Shown: positions 13,797-24,598 of the stretch, in pieces
How positions within the stretch are numbered: the stretch's first letter is position 1
Layout of the letters: each line of letters opens with the position of its first letter
IMG/VR virus record: IMGVR_UViG_3300042945_002791
Length of the DNA stretch: 64,000 nucleotides
Source: a virus
Strand: one strand, 5' to 3'
The notes under the pieces: generated by a model
What the model was told of the DNA's origin: nothing
Databases searched by the model: none
What the model saw: the letters and a program-made list of their open reading frames with translations, nothing else
Position numbers and translations under genes: made by a program

Positions 13797-14847
13797 TTAA
13801 TTAACAACAACTCTGCCAGCTCCACCACCGCTAGTCTGCGTATTTGGAGATGAAGATGTACCAGAATTGGAACCTGTTGGTTGTGTAGCTGGATCTACAT
13901 TAATATTAGCAAGAGGATTAGTTGATTCGTCTGCCAAAGTGAAGTATATATCTCTAGCTAAAAAGCTATATGCTTCTTGAAGTGGGGCTCCAGTTGTATC
14001 ATATCCCGTAGCCATATTTAAAAGTTGAACATTTTGTAAGACTATCTTCATGGGCACTTTTTGATTACTGATTTTTGTTAACCTGGTGTTATGATCTGTT
14101 GATAGTATTCTATCTAAATTGTCTTTTGTATTCATTCCATTTGGAGACTGTTGAGCGCCTTTACTAACTAATCCATTTTCTTGAATTCCATAAATTATTA
14201 CAAGATTAAATGGTGGATGAGCGCTAAAGATATGCTTATTTGCCCCAGGATAAACTCCGTTGAGCAGCTGGATCAGTTGTTATCCTGTCTAACTGAGACC
14301 TTGCCCAATATTTCTGTATATTAATTTCATCTTCGGCTGATTCATATGCGGAAGATAATGTTGAAATTACATGATCTGGAGCATTTTTTTTGCCAACACT
14401 TTCAGATCTTATTCTAGCTGCCTTCTCTAAAAGCTCAGTCATTCTTCTTGGATGCTTGGTGTACATAGCAAATTGTCCTGAAACTATTCTAGTTCCATAC
14501 ATTATCGCATCATAATTATATGACCAAAAACCATACAAAGGCTGTTTTTCTTGGTTGATTGAAAAATTAAGTCCACTTAATTCCAACTCATCAGATGGAT
14601 CAAATAGACCGTCTATATAAATTTTAACATCTTCTCCACTAAAATAATAATCATAATAAGATGAAAATCTATTATCTTCTCTTGATGATCCACCCCAAAT
14701 TAGATCAATATTCTTATCAAGCGGATCAAAGCTGTTACTGGCAAAAGGAAATCCTCTATTTCTTCCGTTTTCAGATATAACACCATCTGGTATATATCCA
14801 CTAAATGGCTTATAGGGTGCTGTAAACTTTGAGTCTTCCGTAGGCAT
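13797..14847 (-). CDS. Tail-tube-fold paralogue (tube initiator/baseplate hub-like), ~349 aa joined by +1 shift at CGG (14257-14259)
   Basis: FSGEDV, EKQPLYG, GTRIVSG as in the tube; join restores HPPFNLVIIYG (tube PPFDITVTF) and leads to EAYSFLARD (tube ETMTYVARE). Confidence 0.7.
14256..14259 (-). other. +1 recoding site 4 (CAA CGG A)
   Basis: No homopolymer at the skipped C; join restores the family PPF motif. Confidence 0.9.
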
Positions 14848-14859
14848 GTTGTATTCCTT

Positions 14860-15654
14860 TTATGGCTTTATAACTTTATCAACAACATTTCTGTATTCAG
14901 ATAATTTGTTTCCAAAAAATTCTTCAGAAATTGCTTTTGAATTGACTTCTTTTTCAATGTCTTCAGGGTAAGTGAAGTCGTCTGTTGGATCGTAATGTAT
15001 TAATGGCTGTATTCCTCTAGCCATATAAGTGTATGTTTGCTCTGTGATTAGGTCGTCAATAGACATTGTCTGACCTTCGTCAACTATGGTTAAACCATAT
15101 ATTTTCATTTTACCATATAAACCATACTCATTAAAGAATGTTAAAACAACATCAAAAGGCGGAAGCATGTCGGCTAGCGGAGCATAACCTAGGAGGGCCA
15201 GTTTTCTCTTAAATTGTTTAATTCTATAAAATGCGTATTCATTAAATACGGTAAAGATTAATGATCCAGCTATTGTTCTTGGGCCTTTAACAAAACCTCT
15301 TGGGTTAACGTGTCCCAATGTTCTTACAGGAGTGTTTTCTCTGTGCATAGAGTATGAGATTGTTTGCAGTTCTGCGAGCTCAATAACGTCTCCAGTAGAA
15401 CCTACTTCTCCATCTTCCAATATATCTGGTATAACTAAGGTTGCATTAATGTCAACGCCAGCAAAAGACATATTCGAAAAAGGATCTGGAAGACCTTTTT
15501 CTCTTCTATATTTTTTTACACTATCTTCATATTCCATTTTTCTTTCAGTGGAATACTTTTTTGATATATCAATACTTCCAGGAATAATAATACTTGAACT
15601 TTGTGGATCTACGGCCCTGAAGGATCCAAAGTTTACATCGGGTATGTCTGGCAT
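14860..15654 (-). CDS. Tail tube-like protein (paralogue)
   Basis: SFAGVDI, RENTPVRTLG, GPRTIAGSLIFTVF, PPFDVVLTFFNEYG shared with 15733..16425. Confidence 0.75.
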   Translation of the reverse strand: MPDIPDVNFGSFRAVDPQSSSIIIPGSIDISKKYSTERKMEYEDSVKKYRREKGLPDPFSNMSFAGVDINATLVIPDILEDGEVGSTGDVIELAELQTISYSMHRENTPVRTLGHVNPRGFVKGPRTIAGSLIFTVFNEYAFYRIKQFKRKLALLGYAPLADMLPPFDVVLTFFNEYGLYGKMKIYGLTIVDEGQTMSIDDLITEQTYTYMARGIQPLIHYDPTDDFTYPEDIEKEVNSKAISEEFFGNKLSEYRNVVDKVIKP

Positions 15655-15674
15655 GTGTTAGTCTCCTTAATTAA

Positions 15675-15709
15675 AGAGCAGGTGTGAAGGAATCCCTCAC
15701 ACCTGCTCT
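15675..15709 (-). terminator. Intrinsic terminator-like hairpin after the tail tube gene
   Basis: AGAGCAGGTGTGA / TCACACCTGCTCT 13-bp inverted repeat followed by TTAATT on the minus strand. Confidence 0.7.
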
Positions 15710-15732
15710 CAACGACTAATAAAGGTTAGTAA

Positions 15733-16425
15733 CTATGGTCTGATAATGTCAGGATTCAATCTTGACTGCTTGACGGCGTCTCTTGAAATGATGTCACCAA
15801 GATTGTCTGTATTGAATCTAAACAACTGATCATTAGCAATAGTATACATGGGACCAAGCTCTCTTGCAACGTAGGTCATTGTTTCTTCAATAACGATATC
15901 GTCCATCGAAGCACCAGAACCTTCGTTAAGAAGTTCAACTCCATATATTGATCTTGCTGCTGCTTGACCATATTCGTTTACAAATGTGACTGTAATGTCA
16001 AAAGGTGGAATTTGGTCTGCATAAAATGGGACTTTGCTAACAACGTCTCTTGTTTGATCGGTAAATTCAGCAATACCTCTTCTATGGTTTGTGTCTCCAG
16101 GAAGAGTGTTATGAGCTCTTGTAAAGAACTTCATAGCAGTTGATGGATCCTTACTGTTTCTGTCAAGCATTGTGTACAATGCTGGTCTATCAAATACAGT
16201 GAAGATTAATGATCCTGCAATACCTCTTTTGCCTCTTGAGAAAGACCTTGGGTTGGGTGAACCCATTGTATAAATTGGGGCTTTTTCTCTTGTTACTGAA
16301 AATGTAATTCCAGAAAGAGCACCTATTTCAACGCCACCAAAAGTGGCAACAATATCTGCTCCAGAAAACGTGGTGTAAGTATTTAAATACTTGTTTACTG
16401 GGCTATCGTAGTATTCTCCAGCCAT
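15733..16425 (-). CDS. Major tail tube protein
   Basis: Directly after sheath; TFSGADIVA...REKAPIYTMG...GKRGIAGSLIF; followed by a terminator. Confidence 0.75.
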   Translation of the reverse strand: MAGEYYDSPVNKYLNTYTTFSGADIVATFGGVEIGALSGITFSVTREKAPIYTMGSPNPRSFSRGKRGIAGSLIFTVFDRPALYTMLDRNSKDPSTAMKFFTRAHNTLPGDTNHRRGIAEFTDQTRDVVSKVPFYADQIPPFDITVTFVNEYGQAAARSIYGVELLNEGSGASMDDIVIEETMTYVARELGPMYTIANDQLFRFNTDNLGDIISRDAVKQSRLNPDIIRP

Positions 16426-16453
16426 TTGAACCCTCCAGTTCTATTCGGTTATA

Positions 16454-17740
16454 TTAGGCTAAGTTTACTGACAAACGAACTTCAATTGATTTGAGTTCGA
16501 ATGCCGGGGTTACTACGAGGTCAATGATCGCCTTGTTTTCATTTGGAATATACGAAACCGCAAAGTCCGCATCCAGCAAGGCACCTAGTGTCATCATACC
16601 GCGTAGTGCTGATGTAATAGCTGTTTCCATCGAGTTTCTAACTTGAATGGTAGAAGCTTCACCAACAAACTTCTGACATACTTGACGAATAAGAAGCGAA
16701 GCTTCGCTTATAATTCTCATTGTAGAAATTCTAGTATAGTCAGATGTAGCAGAAGCGCTTGTAATACCTTCTGCAAAAATTGGAACTCTGTTGAAGTTCA
16801 AGGCAACTGCGTTAATGGCTTTGTTGCTAAGCGAGGCCTGAAGAGTTCTTGTTGGGTTATATCTCATTGTGGCTATATTGTACAAAACCTTATTTGAAGG
16901 TGATGTATATGAAGCCATTCTGGTTAATGCTCCAGCAAGTGATGCTGCACCGTTTGTGTAACCCCAAGTACTCTTATATCCTGAAGGAATAAGTTCAGCT
17001 GCTACGACAAAAACGTGCCTTCCGACTTCTGCTAATCTAGTGTAAATAGTATTTCCGCCCGAATCTGTTGTTGGGACGTCTATATCTTCTTCTCTATCAG
17101 CTAAATTAGTAAGAGCAAGGTGAGTTGCAACGTTAGCTGCTGTCATGACCTCTGAGGTGCCATAGTATGGCTTAATGCCCATGACTGCAAAAGTTGGATG
17201 AGAGTTTGCTGAAATATCTGCACATGCTCTTGCAACGCGTGCAAGCATTGACTTATCAACCGTAGTTGTATCGTCAGCGTAGAAACCAAACTCTGCGTCG
17301 TTTCCTGGCGTTGCTGGACTTTCCCAGTCAAGAGGATGTCCACCTCTACCCCAAGGTACGATAATGTCTGGAAGAATTGATTCAGCAGCAAGGAATGCTG
17401 CGTCAAAAACACTGGATCCACCAGATGTTATATCTGCCTGAATAGAGGAAGTTCCTCTAACAAAAACAGTATTTGACGGAAGTGGTACTATAAAGATTCT
17501 CTCAGCGCCGGCTGAAACAAGTTCAACATATGCTCTGTGACAATCTGAGTCTTCTCCAAAAGCAGTGATAACATCGGCTTCATTGCTTACCTGGACCGAA
17601 TCAAGGTCTGGAACATTACCTGTTCCTGATGCGGTACCTCTTTTCGCAATTACAGCTACTCTTGGGCCAACCGGAAGGTCTTGGCGAGAGATACTATAAA
17701 AGCGATCTTTAATTATTGTCTTTACACCAGGAATAGCCAT
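16454..17740 (-). CDS. Tail sheath protein
   Basis: MAIPGV start; sheath C-terminal pattern (RISTMRI...FVGE...IDLVVTPAFELKSIEV); upstream of tube. Confidence 0.8.
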   Translation of the reverse strand: MAIPGVKTIIKDRFYSISRQDLPVGPRVAVIAKRGTASGTGNVPDLDSVQVSNEADVITAFGEDSDCHRAYVELVSAGAERIFIVPLPSNTVFVRGTSSIQADITSGGSSVFDAAFLAAESILPDIIVPWGRGGHPLDWESPATPGNDAEFGFYADDTTTVDKSMLARVARACADISANSHPTFAVMGIKPYYGTSEVMTAANVATHLALTNLADREEDIDVPTTDSGGNTIYTRLAEVGRHVFVVAAELIPSGYKSTWGYTNGAASLAGALTRMASYTSPSNKVLYNIATMRYNPTRTLQASLSNKAINAVALNFNRVPIFAEGITSASATSDYTRISTMRIISEASLLIRQVCQKFVGEASTIQVRNSMETAITSALRGMMTLGALLDADFAVSYIPNENKAIIDLVVTPAFELKSIEVRLSVNLA

Positions 17741-17786
17741 CGAGCTTTAACCTCCAAAATCGGTATATAAAATTTAAATTCAAACA

Positions 17787-17794
17787 TATAGTAA
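17787..17794 (-). promoter_or_regulatory. Putative late promoter (TTACTATA)
   Basis: Recurring intergenic motif, ~47 nt upstream of the sheath ATG. Confidence 0.55.
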
Positions 17795-17819
17795 CAACAT
17801 AGTTATAAAAACAACTACA

Positions 17820-18551
17820 TTATTGATTTGGGGTAGCAGATTGATATAGGTCTATTAAATTAATTTCTACATTTTCATAATTTGGAGTAGCTGGTACAGT
17901 ATTATTAATCTCTGTAGCCATATACCTTCTGACGTCTACAACAATTTTCTCTATCTTTCCAACTGTTGTTGCGATTAATTTTTCTGTTGTCAACATATAG
18001 GTTACGGTTCTAGTGCATACGTCTATGCCATTTCTGTTAGATTTTGAGTCTGACATTCTTCTAGAATAAACAAATTCTGAAGCTCCTAATCTTTTAAAAA
18101 CAGGAGTATGTTCTAACATAAAGTCTTCAAAAAGTTCTATTATTCTATCCGCTACCTCTGCACCTATGTAACCTGGATTTTCATCTCCTGCTACATCTGC
18201 CCTATTAGCTCTAGTGTGTACGCTAAAGGAAACTATATTTTGGAATCTTTGACCAAATATTATTTCCTGAGCATCTCTCGGCATATGCCTTGTTCTTGGT
18301 TTTGGCTCTACTGTATGAGTTCTTTTTAATTCTAGTTTATATGTTATTACAGGAAATGCGGTATATTGCCCCCCTGCTTCTGGCTCAATTGGAATTTGCG
18401 GATAGGCATTTTCCCATAAGGCCTTAACTAAAGCTATGAATTCTATGTAAGTAAGATTGCCAGCAGCCTGTAACGGATCTCCCGTATACATTCTATTGGT
18501 AATAACATCATTTTCATTTATTCCTGGAAAACCGAATGCATTCTGTGGCAT
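17820..18551 (-). CDS. Tail completion/terminator-like protein
   Basis: Synteny between neck and sheath; FPVITYKL motif; two ATPN motifs at the C-terminus. Confidence 0.5.
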   Translation of the reverse strand: MPQNAFGFPGINENDVITNRMYTGDPLQAAGNLTYIEFIALVKALWENAYPQIPIEPEAGGQYTAFPVITYKLELKRTHTVEPKPRTRHMPRDAQEIIFGQRFQNIVSFSVHTRANRADVAGDENPGYIGAEVADRIIELFEDFMLEHTPVFKRLGASEFVYSRRMSDSKSNRNGIDVCTRTVTYMLTTEKLIATTVGKIEKIVVDVRRYMATEINNTVPATPNYENVEINLIDLYQSATPNQ

Positions 18552-18552
18552 G

Positions 18553-20539
18553 TTACGCTCCTGGTCCTGCTACGATTCCAAAGTTTATTCTTTTTAGAGT
18601 GTGAGGAGAGACTACATCAATTTCTATGTAAAAATTTCCTCTTTTTCTTTTATCCGCAAACATTTCAAATCTATAGTCCTTTATTATTGATGGGGTTGAT
18701 GCTTTTAACATCTTAAACATTCCAGTGAGTCTTTCGCTAATGATGTCATGAGAGAACTTCCCTGATGAAGATGAAGCTATTGATAGAACCTCATTCATTA
18801 TCATCGCTACCAATCTTACTTGAGGAAGATTGGCTAGACTTGAGCCTTCTTTTGCTAAAGTCTTATCATCAGATATTAAAATTTGAAATGGTATTGCTCT
18901 TCTTGTTCTATTGCTTTTAATCATTGTATTGATTTTATTATTATGAATCCTAGCAACTTGCAAAGATGTCATCTCAACTCCAACTGGAGAATAGCCGCCT
19001 TTTAATGCTTTTCTATTTAAACCTAAATATACTGGCCAGTTTGAAATTTGACCCGCAATTGCCGAAGCAATACTTGAGGTAAATGTTAAGCCCATGTTTG
19101 GATAATTAAATACTGCCTCTCCATAATAAAGAAGAATATGTCGACCCACGTCTAATACACTTCCATCAGAAGCTAGATAACTTGGCGTAGCACTTTGTTC
19201 ATCTTTTAAGAAATTATTCCAATAGCCTTTTTGTGACATTGTTTCAATGTCTTGAATATTTGCGCCGTTTGTTCTTGAACCGATGATTCCTATTACCATA
19301 GTTGAAGAGTTGGTATAGAAAAAGCTACAGAAGTCTGCAAGCTGTCTTACAAAATTAACATTTTCACACCTTATAAAGGAAACCCCAACTGGAACAACTA
19401 TGTCAATAAAATCAAAATTTTTTGCTATTTCATAAGAATCTTCTAATCTTTCATAATATTTTTCATAAAAGCTTAGAGTAGATGGAGTTGCCTGTTTAGT
19501 CGTAACAAATGATGCTATTGGAGAATTTAGATTATTATAGTCTTCAACGTACTCACTCATTGGTGCAGAAATCATTATGTAGATATCCTGACATCCTGCG
19601 CCATAGCAATTGATTACTGCTCTCAAAAGAGGTGACCTTGTATCTCCATTTAGTGCATCTATTGCATCTTGTAGAGATTGTATTCTTTTTAGTTGATTTA
19701 TTTGTAATGTAGATGAGTCAGCGTGCCCTATTAGTAGTACTGAATTAGTTGCAAATGGTTGAAGTGGTTGAAAGTTTGGATTTAAACCGCCGATTCCCGA
19801 TATGGGAGGCTGACCAGCAACAACTACTGGACCAGAAGATTTATCTCTGTATACACTTCCAGTTGGTACTACTGAAGTTCTTTGTGTTTCAATATCATCT
19901 TCTACAAAAACCGAAAACCTATAATTATTTTCTATGGAACGAACTGTTTTAACTCCATCAAAATAGTTGTCTACACCAGAAATGTTTACGATCTCTTCAA
20001 CCTTAAGACTATGCGGTTCTGCTGAAGACAAGAAACCAATATTTTCAAAAATTTCTTTTTCAATGATTTTTATTGGACCAGATGTAGCTTTATCTTTAAC
20101 ATAAAAAATTAACTCTCGTATCTCTCTTGTTTCTGAAATACTGGTTTCTAAAACAACTGTATATTTACCAGGAAATAAGTTTTCTGGTATTTTATAAACA
20201 AAAGTATAAATTCCTTCAGAATCTCTTGTTATATAATTGTATTGAAGTTGATTTTTTGTATCTGGATTTATATTAAATTGAGTTGCAATTGCGAGACCAT
20301 AGTCTGGTGTTGCTGACTGTGCGTTATATGAAAAGGGGCCATCTGCAACTCCGCCCGCCGCCAGCGTCACCTTTGTTGATATATATTAATATATCATTTT
20401 GTCCAGATCCATAATACGGCGTTGCATCGCCGTTTCTGGTTGACCAATTTGGATCAATAGTAATTGGATCATAAAAGTCAGAATCCAAACTGAATATAAA
20501 CTTAAAATTTACTATTTCACCATTAAAATATGTAGACAT
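18553..20539 (-). CDS. Second sheath-like protein with N-terminal beta domains, ~661 aa joined by +1 shift at CGG (20351-20353)
   Basis: MSTYFNGE...KGDAGGG-[C]GGA-VADGPFSY; C-terminus (LPQVRLV...IEIDVVSPHTLKRINF) resembles the sheath C-terminus. Confidence 0.6.
20350..20353 (-). other. +1 recoding site 5 (GGG CGG A)
   Basis: In-frame CGG within the overlap of ORFs 20324..20572 and 18553..20370. Confidence 0.8.
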
Positions 20540-20540
20540 C

Positions 20541-20922
20541 TCACACCGGGCTTTCTTTAGTTGCTCCAGCAACCCAATACTCTATTCTCCCATATTTTCC
20601 GTCTCATTGGAAGTACAGCGTCAACTAAATAAACTGTATTAGGATCTGAATGGCCTGGTATGTTTTCATAGATTCTGTCTCCGATTCTTGGATTGATAGT
20701 TGAATCAAAATAATATATTATCTCAAAACCATCAGCGCTTGTTCCTTCTGCTGTTTCTCTGAGAAGATTAGCTAATTCAGAATTTGCTGGATACATATGT
20801 CTTGTTGTAACTCTTTCAAATTTAGATGAATAATTAAAATCATTATCTAATCTTCTTTGGATCAAAACATCATGACCCCATTTTTTTAATATGTTTCTAA
20901 AAGTTCTATTAAGATTAGTCAC
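20541..20922 (-). CDS. Head-closure/neck protein, ~126 aa with +1 shift at CGG (20599-20601)
   Basis: WGHDVLIQR, PRIGDRIYE; shifted tail PMR-G-KYGRIEYWVAGATKESPV ends at TGA 20541, 1 nt before the next ATG. Confidence 0.6.
20598..20601 (-). other. +1 recoding site 6 (AGA CGG A)
   Basis: Shifted frame gives a protein-like C-terminus abutting the next gene. Confidence 0.75.
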
Positions 20923-21812
20923 GACTTCTTAGACCTCTTTTAGGCATAGGGTCGTCTACGTTTGTGTTTTTTCTTCCTGGTCCAAGAAGATCCCTATCTC
21001 TAAGATAAACAACAAGACCTGTTTCTGGGTCTATTGACTTTCCTGTAGTTGGAATAAAATCTGCTGGAAGACCTTTTGGTTGGACGCCTTTTATTCCGGT
21101 AATCTTTGCTAACATTTCTTTTCTTAATGCCGCTGCCATTTGACACCAAGTTGTTGCATTACCCCTGTTTACTGTTCCCCTTGGAAGTGATCTATTGGTA
21201 ACACTTAAATCTCCCAATCTAATCTGCAATTCATCGTCACCACCAAGGCCATATATTCTACTTAAATCGCACGCCACAGAAGCTTTAATATACTCAAGGG
21301 CTACATAGGGCATGTTTGCCGCATCATTATCTGACTTAAACGAATATATTTGTTTAACTTCATTTGAGTAATGATGAATTAATTCCCCAGCTTCTATTAA
21401 AGAAGATTCTGGAAAAATTGATAGAATTTCTTCGGGATCTAAGTATAAAGGATCTACATCTGGCGCAAATAATATAACCTCATCTGCACCGAGTGTTACA
21501 GATGGTTCATATTGACTGTCTGGATCACTAACATATAATGTCTGAGTCACAATTATCTGACTTGAGTTTGCAAGCACTCCTGTGAACGTAACCGTATATT
21601 CACCAGCTTCTGATGGGGTAAAATCATAGTAATATTCAGACGAAGATATAGATGATGCTGTTGTACTGACCACTTGCGTTTCAGCAGAGTCTTTTACAAT
21701 AACATATACAGAAGTTGGACTAACCTCTTCTTGATCCCCGTGTTAATGGGTCTATATCAATAAACTTTACTTTAATTCTTACTGTGTCATTGACCAAAAC
21801 GGAATTGGACAT
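20915..21812 (-). CDS. Head-tail connector/neck protein with Ig-like N-terminus, ~298 aa joined by +1 shift at CGG (21738-21740)
   Basis: GGAG RBS and ATG at 21812, promoter motif at 21845; MSNSVLVNDTVRIKVKFIDIDPLT-[C]GGG-DQEEVSPTSVYVIVKDSAETQVVSTT; IRLGDLSV motif. Confidence 0.65.
21737..21740 (-). other. +1 recoding site 7 (ACA CGG G)
   Basis: Joins a 24-codon leader absent from the ORF track to ORF 20915..21673. Confidence 0.85.
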
Positions 21813-21844
21813 ATTGTCTCCAATTTAAATAAAAAAACTATATT

Positions 21845-21852
21845 TATAGTAC
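21845..21852 (-). promoter_or_regulatory. Putative late promoter (GTACTATA)
   Basis: Motif ~33 nt upstream of ATG 21812. Confidence 0.5.
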
Positions 21853-21864
21853 TAGTATGTAGTT

Positions 21865-22155
21865 TTAATTCAAATACTCAATATAAGTCGTGGCTGATGG
21901 CCTTGACTGAGTTGCTGAATACGTAGTAGCTGATGGTTTTGACTGAGTTGTCTCTATGACAACTATACTACTTGAAACATAATCTATCGAAACAACACCA
22001 ACTGTTGAATAGTTATTGTGGTCTATCTCTGACACAAAAACTACCCCTGGAATACCTGCAGAAATAGGACTGGATACCGTTGGTATTCCCAGTTCAAGTC
22101 CACCAGAATATGAAACGCCACTTTGGGAATATGAAAATAGATCATCGTATAACAT
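21865..22155 (-). CDS. Small Ser/Thr-rich hypothetical protein
   Basis: MLYDDLFSY start; tandem TQS(K/R)PSATTY duplication near the C-terminus. Confidence 0.6.
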   Translation of the reverse strand: MLYDDLFSYSQSGVSYSGGLELGIPTVSSPISAGIPGVVFVSEIDHNNYSTVGVVSIDYVSSSIVVIETTQSKPSATTYSATQSRPSATTYIEYLN

Positions 22156-22178
22156 AATCAAAACCCTTACTTTTTAAG

Positions 22179-22186
22179 TATAGTAG
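22179..22186 (-). promoter_or_regulatory. Putative late promoter (CTACTATA)
   Basis: Motif ~24 nt upstream of ATG 22155. Confidence 0.45.
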
Positions 22187-22211
22187 CGGAAAATCTTATA
22201 TAATAATTTAT

Positions 22212-22988
22212 TTAATTAATGTCTTTAATAAGGTCTTTCATCCAGATTTTATACTCGCTTTCCCCTCCAACCACTTCGCCACCATCAAAAGATGTTCCAT
22301 AGCATGCCATAGTTAAGAATGCATAACGCTCACCTTCTAAGACCGGCAGAACCTCGTGTCTGCCGATATAGTTTGAAGGATATATAGCTGCAGAACCATG
22401 TTTTGGTTTCCACTGATATGGAATATTTGGGAAGTTTAATTCTCCACCAACATATTTACTAAGCTCATTATTCTGTAATTGTTCAACACTATTGTTTAGA
22501 TACAGGTTAATGCTAACACTGCTGTGCATTGAGACTTGGCTGCCTGTTTTTTGCCCCCACTCAAAAGGAACTTGATTATCACAATGCGGACCTATACTCT
22601 GATCCTTGCAGTAGCCAGCTATATGACCTATTGGCCTCCACCAACAAGTTGTTGCTGCATCTCTAAAAATCTTGCAATACTCAACTAAACCTTTGTATGC
22701 GCTATCCTCTAGGTAGTCTATAATTTCTATATATTCTTGATTTGGTTTGTCTTGCCTATTTTTTCCTTTGACATCCAAAAACCTTTGTGGTGCGTATTTA
22801 ATGTCTTTAGCCTCAAAAATAAAACCTGTTTTATTTTTTGCGTACTCTTTATCATTTTCGGTATAGTACTCAAAAGTATTTTCTGGGGCACGTTTTAACC
22901 AATTAAGATAATTTTCCAATATATCATCATCTATACTGAATAACTCATCTATTATAACTACCCCCATTCCTACATGGCTTACTTTCAT
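22212..22988 (-). CDS. 2OG-Fe(II) oxygenase, prolyl-4-hydroxylase-like
   Basis: HCD...LYLN...GGELNF...HEVLPV...RY. Confidence 0.85.
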   Translation of the reverse strand: MKVSHVGMGVVIIDELFSIDDDILENYLNWLKRAPENTFEYYTENDKEYAKNKTGFIFEAKDIKYAPQRFLDVKGKNRQDKPNQEYIEIIDYLEDSAYKGLVEYCKIFRDAATTCWWRPIGHIAGYCKDQSIGPHCDNQVPFEWGQKTGSQVSMHSSVSINLYLNNSVEQLQNNELSKYVGGELNFPNIPYQWKPKHGSAAIYPSNYIGRHEVLPVLEGERYAFLTMACYGTSFDGGEVVGGESEYKIWMKDLIKDIN

Positions 22989-23000
22989 TTTTGCTATTCC

Positions 23001-23882
23001 TTAATAGTTTGATTTAGTAATATTATATTGATAAGAATCCTGTTGATAACCTTCTCTTAAAAGGTGCTGCTGAAAATCCTGCCTTAGGCTTGGCATGTAG
23101 ACGTTTGTTGCTTTTTTTGCTAATTCTGGATTCTTTATTGGATCTGCAACATATTCGTGAACATTTGGATTAGGAGTTCCCTGGCTATACCATCCCAAAT
23201 AACTATACCTAAGCCCTTCTATAACTGGAAGAACTTCATGTGCTGCCATATAGTTTGATGGAAAAAATAAAATGTCCCCCTTTTTTGGCTTATATGTTAT
23301 ATCTAAATAATTGAAATAATGATGTCCGCCAATGTAATTATTGAATTTAAGATCTTGCATTTCTTCTACTGAATCATTAAAATAAACTAATGAAGTCACT
23401 ACATTTCTTAGTGCTAACTGATCCTTGGGTTCCAATATGTCATATATGTAATCTGCACTAATGTCAGAATGGGAACCCAGATAGACCCCTTTGCGATATT
23501 GTAGTATATGACCTTTAACTTTCCACCAAACACATTTATATGCTAAAGGAAAAATTTCAAAATACTGCAGTAGGCATTTATCTTTTGCTTCTTCTATAAA
23601 GTTCAATGTGCTTTGAAGATCTTCGTCGTCCTTGTTGTGTATTGCGCCAGCTCTTTTCGGCATTAGGTCTATTGATTCTTTTTTGAAGAAGTATCCGCTT
23701 TTATTTATGTATATCTCTTCACCATTTTCTGGATCAATTGCAGACTCATACATATTGCCCCACTCTTCTTCAATAAGATCTTGCGACTTGCTAATTAATA
23801 AGTCCCAATCTAATTCCAGAGCATTTTCAAACAAAACAACACCACCGCCCAAGTGTTTTGGCTGAACTTTATTAAAAATCAT
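23001..23882 (-). CDS. 2OG-Fe(II) oxygenase, prolyl-4-hydroxylase-like
   Basis: HSD...VYFND...GGH...HEVLPV...RY; likely start MIFNK. Confidence 0.85.
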   Translation of the reverse strand: MIFNKVQPKHLGGGVVLFENALELDWDLLISKSQDLIEEEWGNMYESAIDPENGEEIYINKSGYFFKKESIDLMPKRAGAIHNKDDEDLQSTLNFIEEAKDKCLLQYFEIFPLAYKCVWWKVKGHILQYRKGVYLGSHSDISADYIYDILEPKDQLALRNVVTSLVYFNDSVEEMQDLKFNNYIGGHHYFNYLDITYKPKKGDILFFPSNYMAAHEVLPVIEGLRYSYLGWYSQGTPNPNVHEYVADPIKNPELAKKATNVYMPSLRQDFQQHLLREGYQQDSYQYNITKSNY

Positions 23883-23960
23883 ATTTCTATTAACTCCATA
23901 TTTATATTTTTTCTTGTTACAATTTGCCAAAGTCAATTTTTACATGATACAGTATATCTC

Positions 23961-24593
23961 ATGGTCATGCAAAGTAATCAAAAAATAGCGAGAGTCGCAG
24001 AAGATATATACCAAATAAAAAACTACTTTATGGAAGAATCTTTCCGTTTGTTGTATTTAGATGTTTTGTCAAAAGTAAATGAATCTACGGAAAATCAAAA
24101 TATATCATATCAAGAAATTAATTTGGAAAGCTATCCTGAATATAAAAACGATAATTTAATTAAAAACGCAATCAAAGTACCTTCTGGTAGTGTTGATTTT
24201 ATAGATCCATACAAGACTGATTTTTTAAATAAAACCAGAGAAAATTTATCTTTAATATATAAAACTGAAATATGCCAAGAAAAAGACGCTAGTGTAGTTA
24301 TATTCTTTCCTGGAGAAGCGATACGCACGCATTGGGATGGAAGTGTAGATGTGCCCACTTATAGCGGCCATCCGCATAGAGATTATAGTAGTGTATTTTA
24401 TTTTAATGAAGATTTTGAAGGTGGACTCTTACATTTTATAGAGCTTGATATAAAAATAAAACCTGAGCCAAATATGCTATTAGTATTTCCCACCTCAGTA
24501 CGCTACATGCATCGTGTTGAAGAGGTTACTTCTGGAATAAGAATGATGAGTCCGTCTTTTTGGTGTATAGATAAAAAAGACACAATTGACTAA
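23961..24593 (+). CDS. 2OG-Fe(II) oxygenase
   Basis: HWD...YFNEDFEGGLLHF...HRVEEVTSGIR; divergent orientation. Confidence 0.85.
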   Translation: MVMQSNQKIARVAEDIYQIKNYFMEESFRLLYLDVLSKVNESTENQNISYQEINLESYPEYKNDNLIKNAIKVPSGSVDFIDPYKTDFLNKTRENLSLIYKTEICQEKDASVVIFFPGEAIRTHWDGSVDVPTYSGHPHRDYSSVFYFNEDFEGGLLHFIELDIKIKPEPNMLLVFPTSVRYMHRVEEVTSGIRMMSPSFWCIDKKDTID

Positions 24594-24598
24594 AGAAA

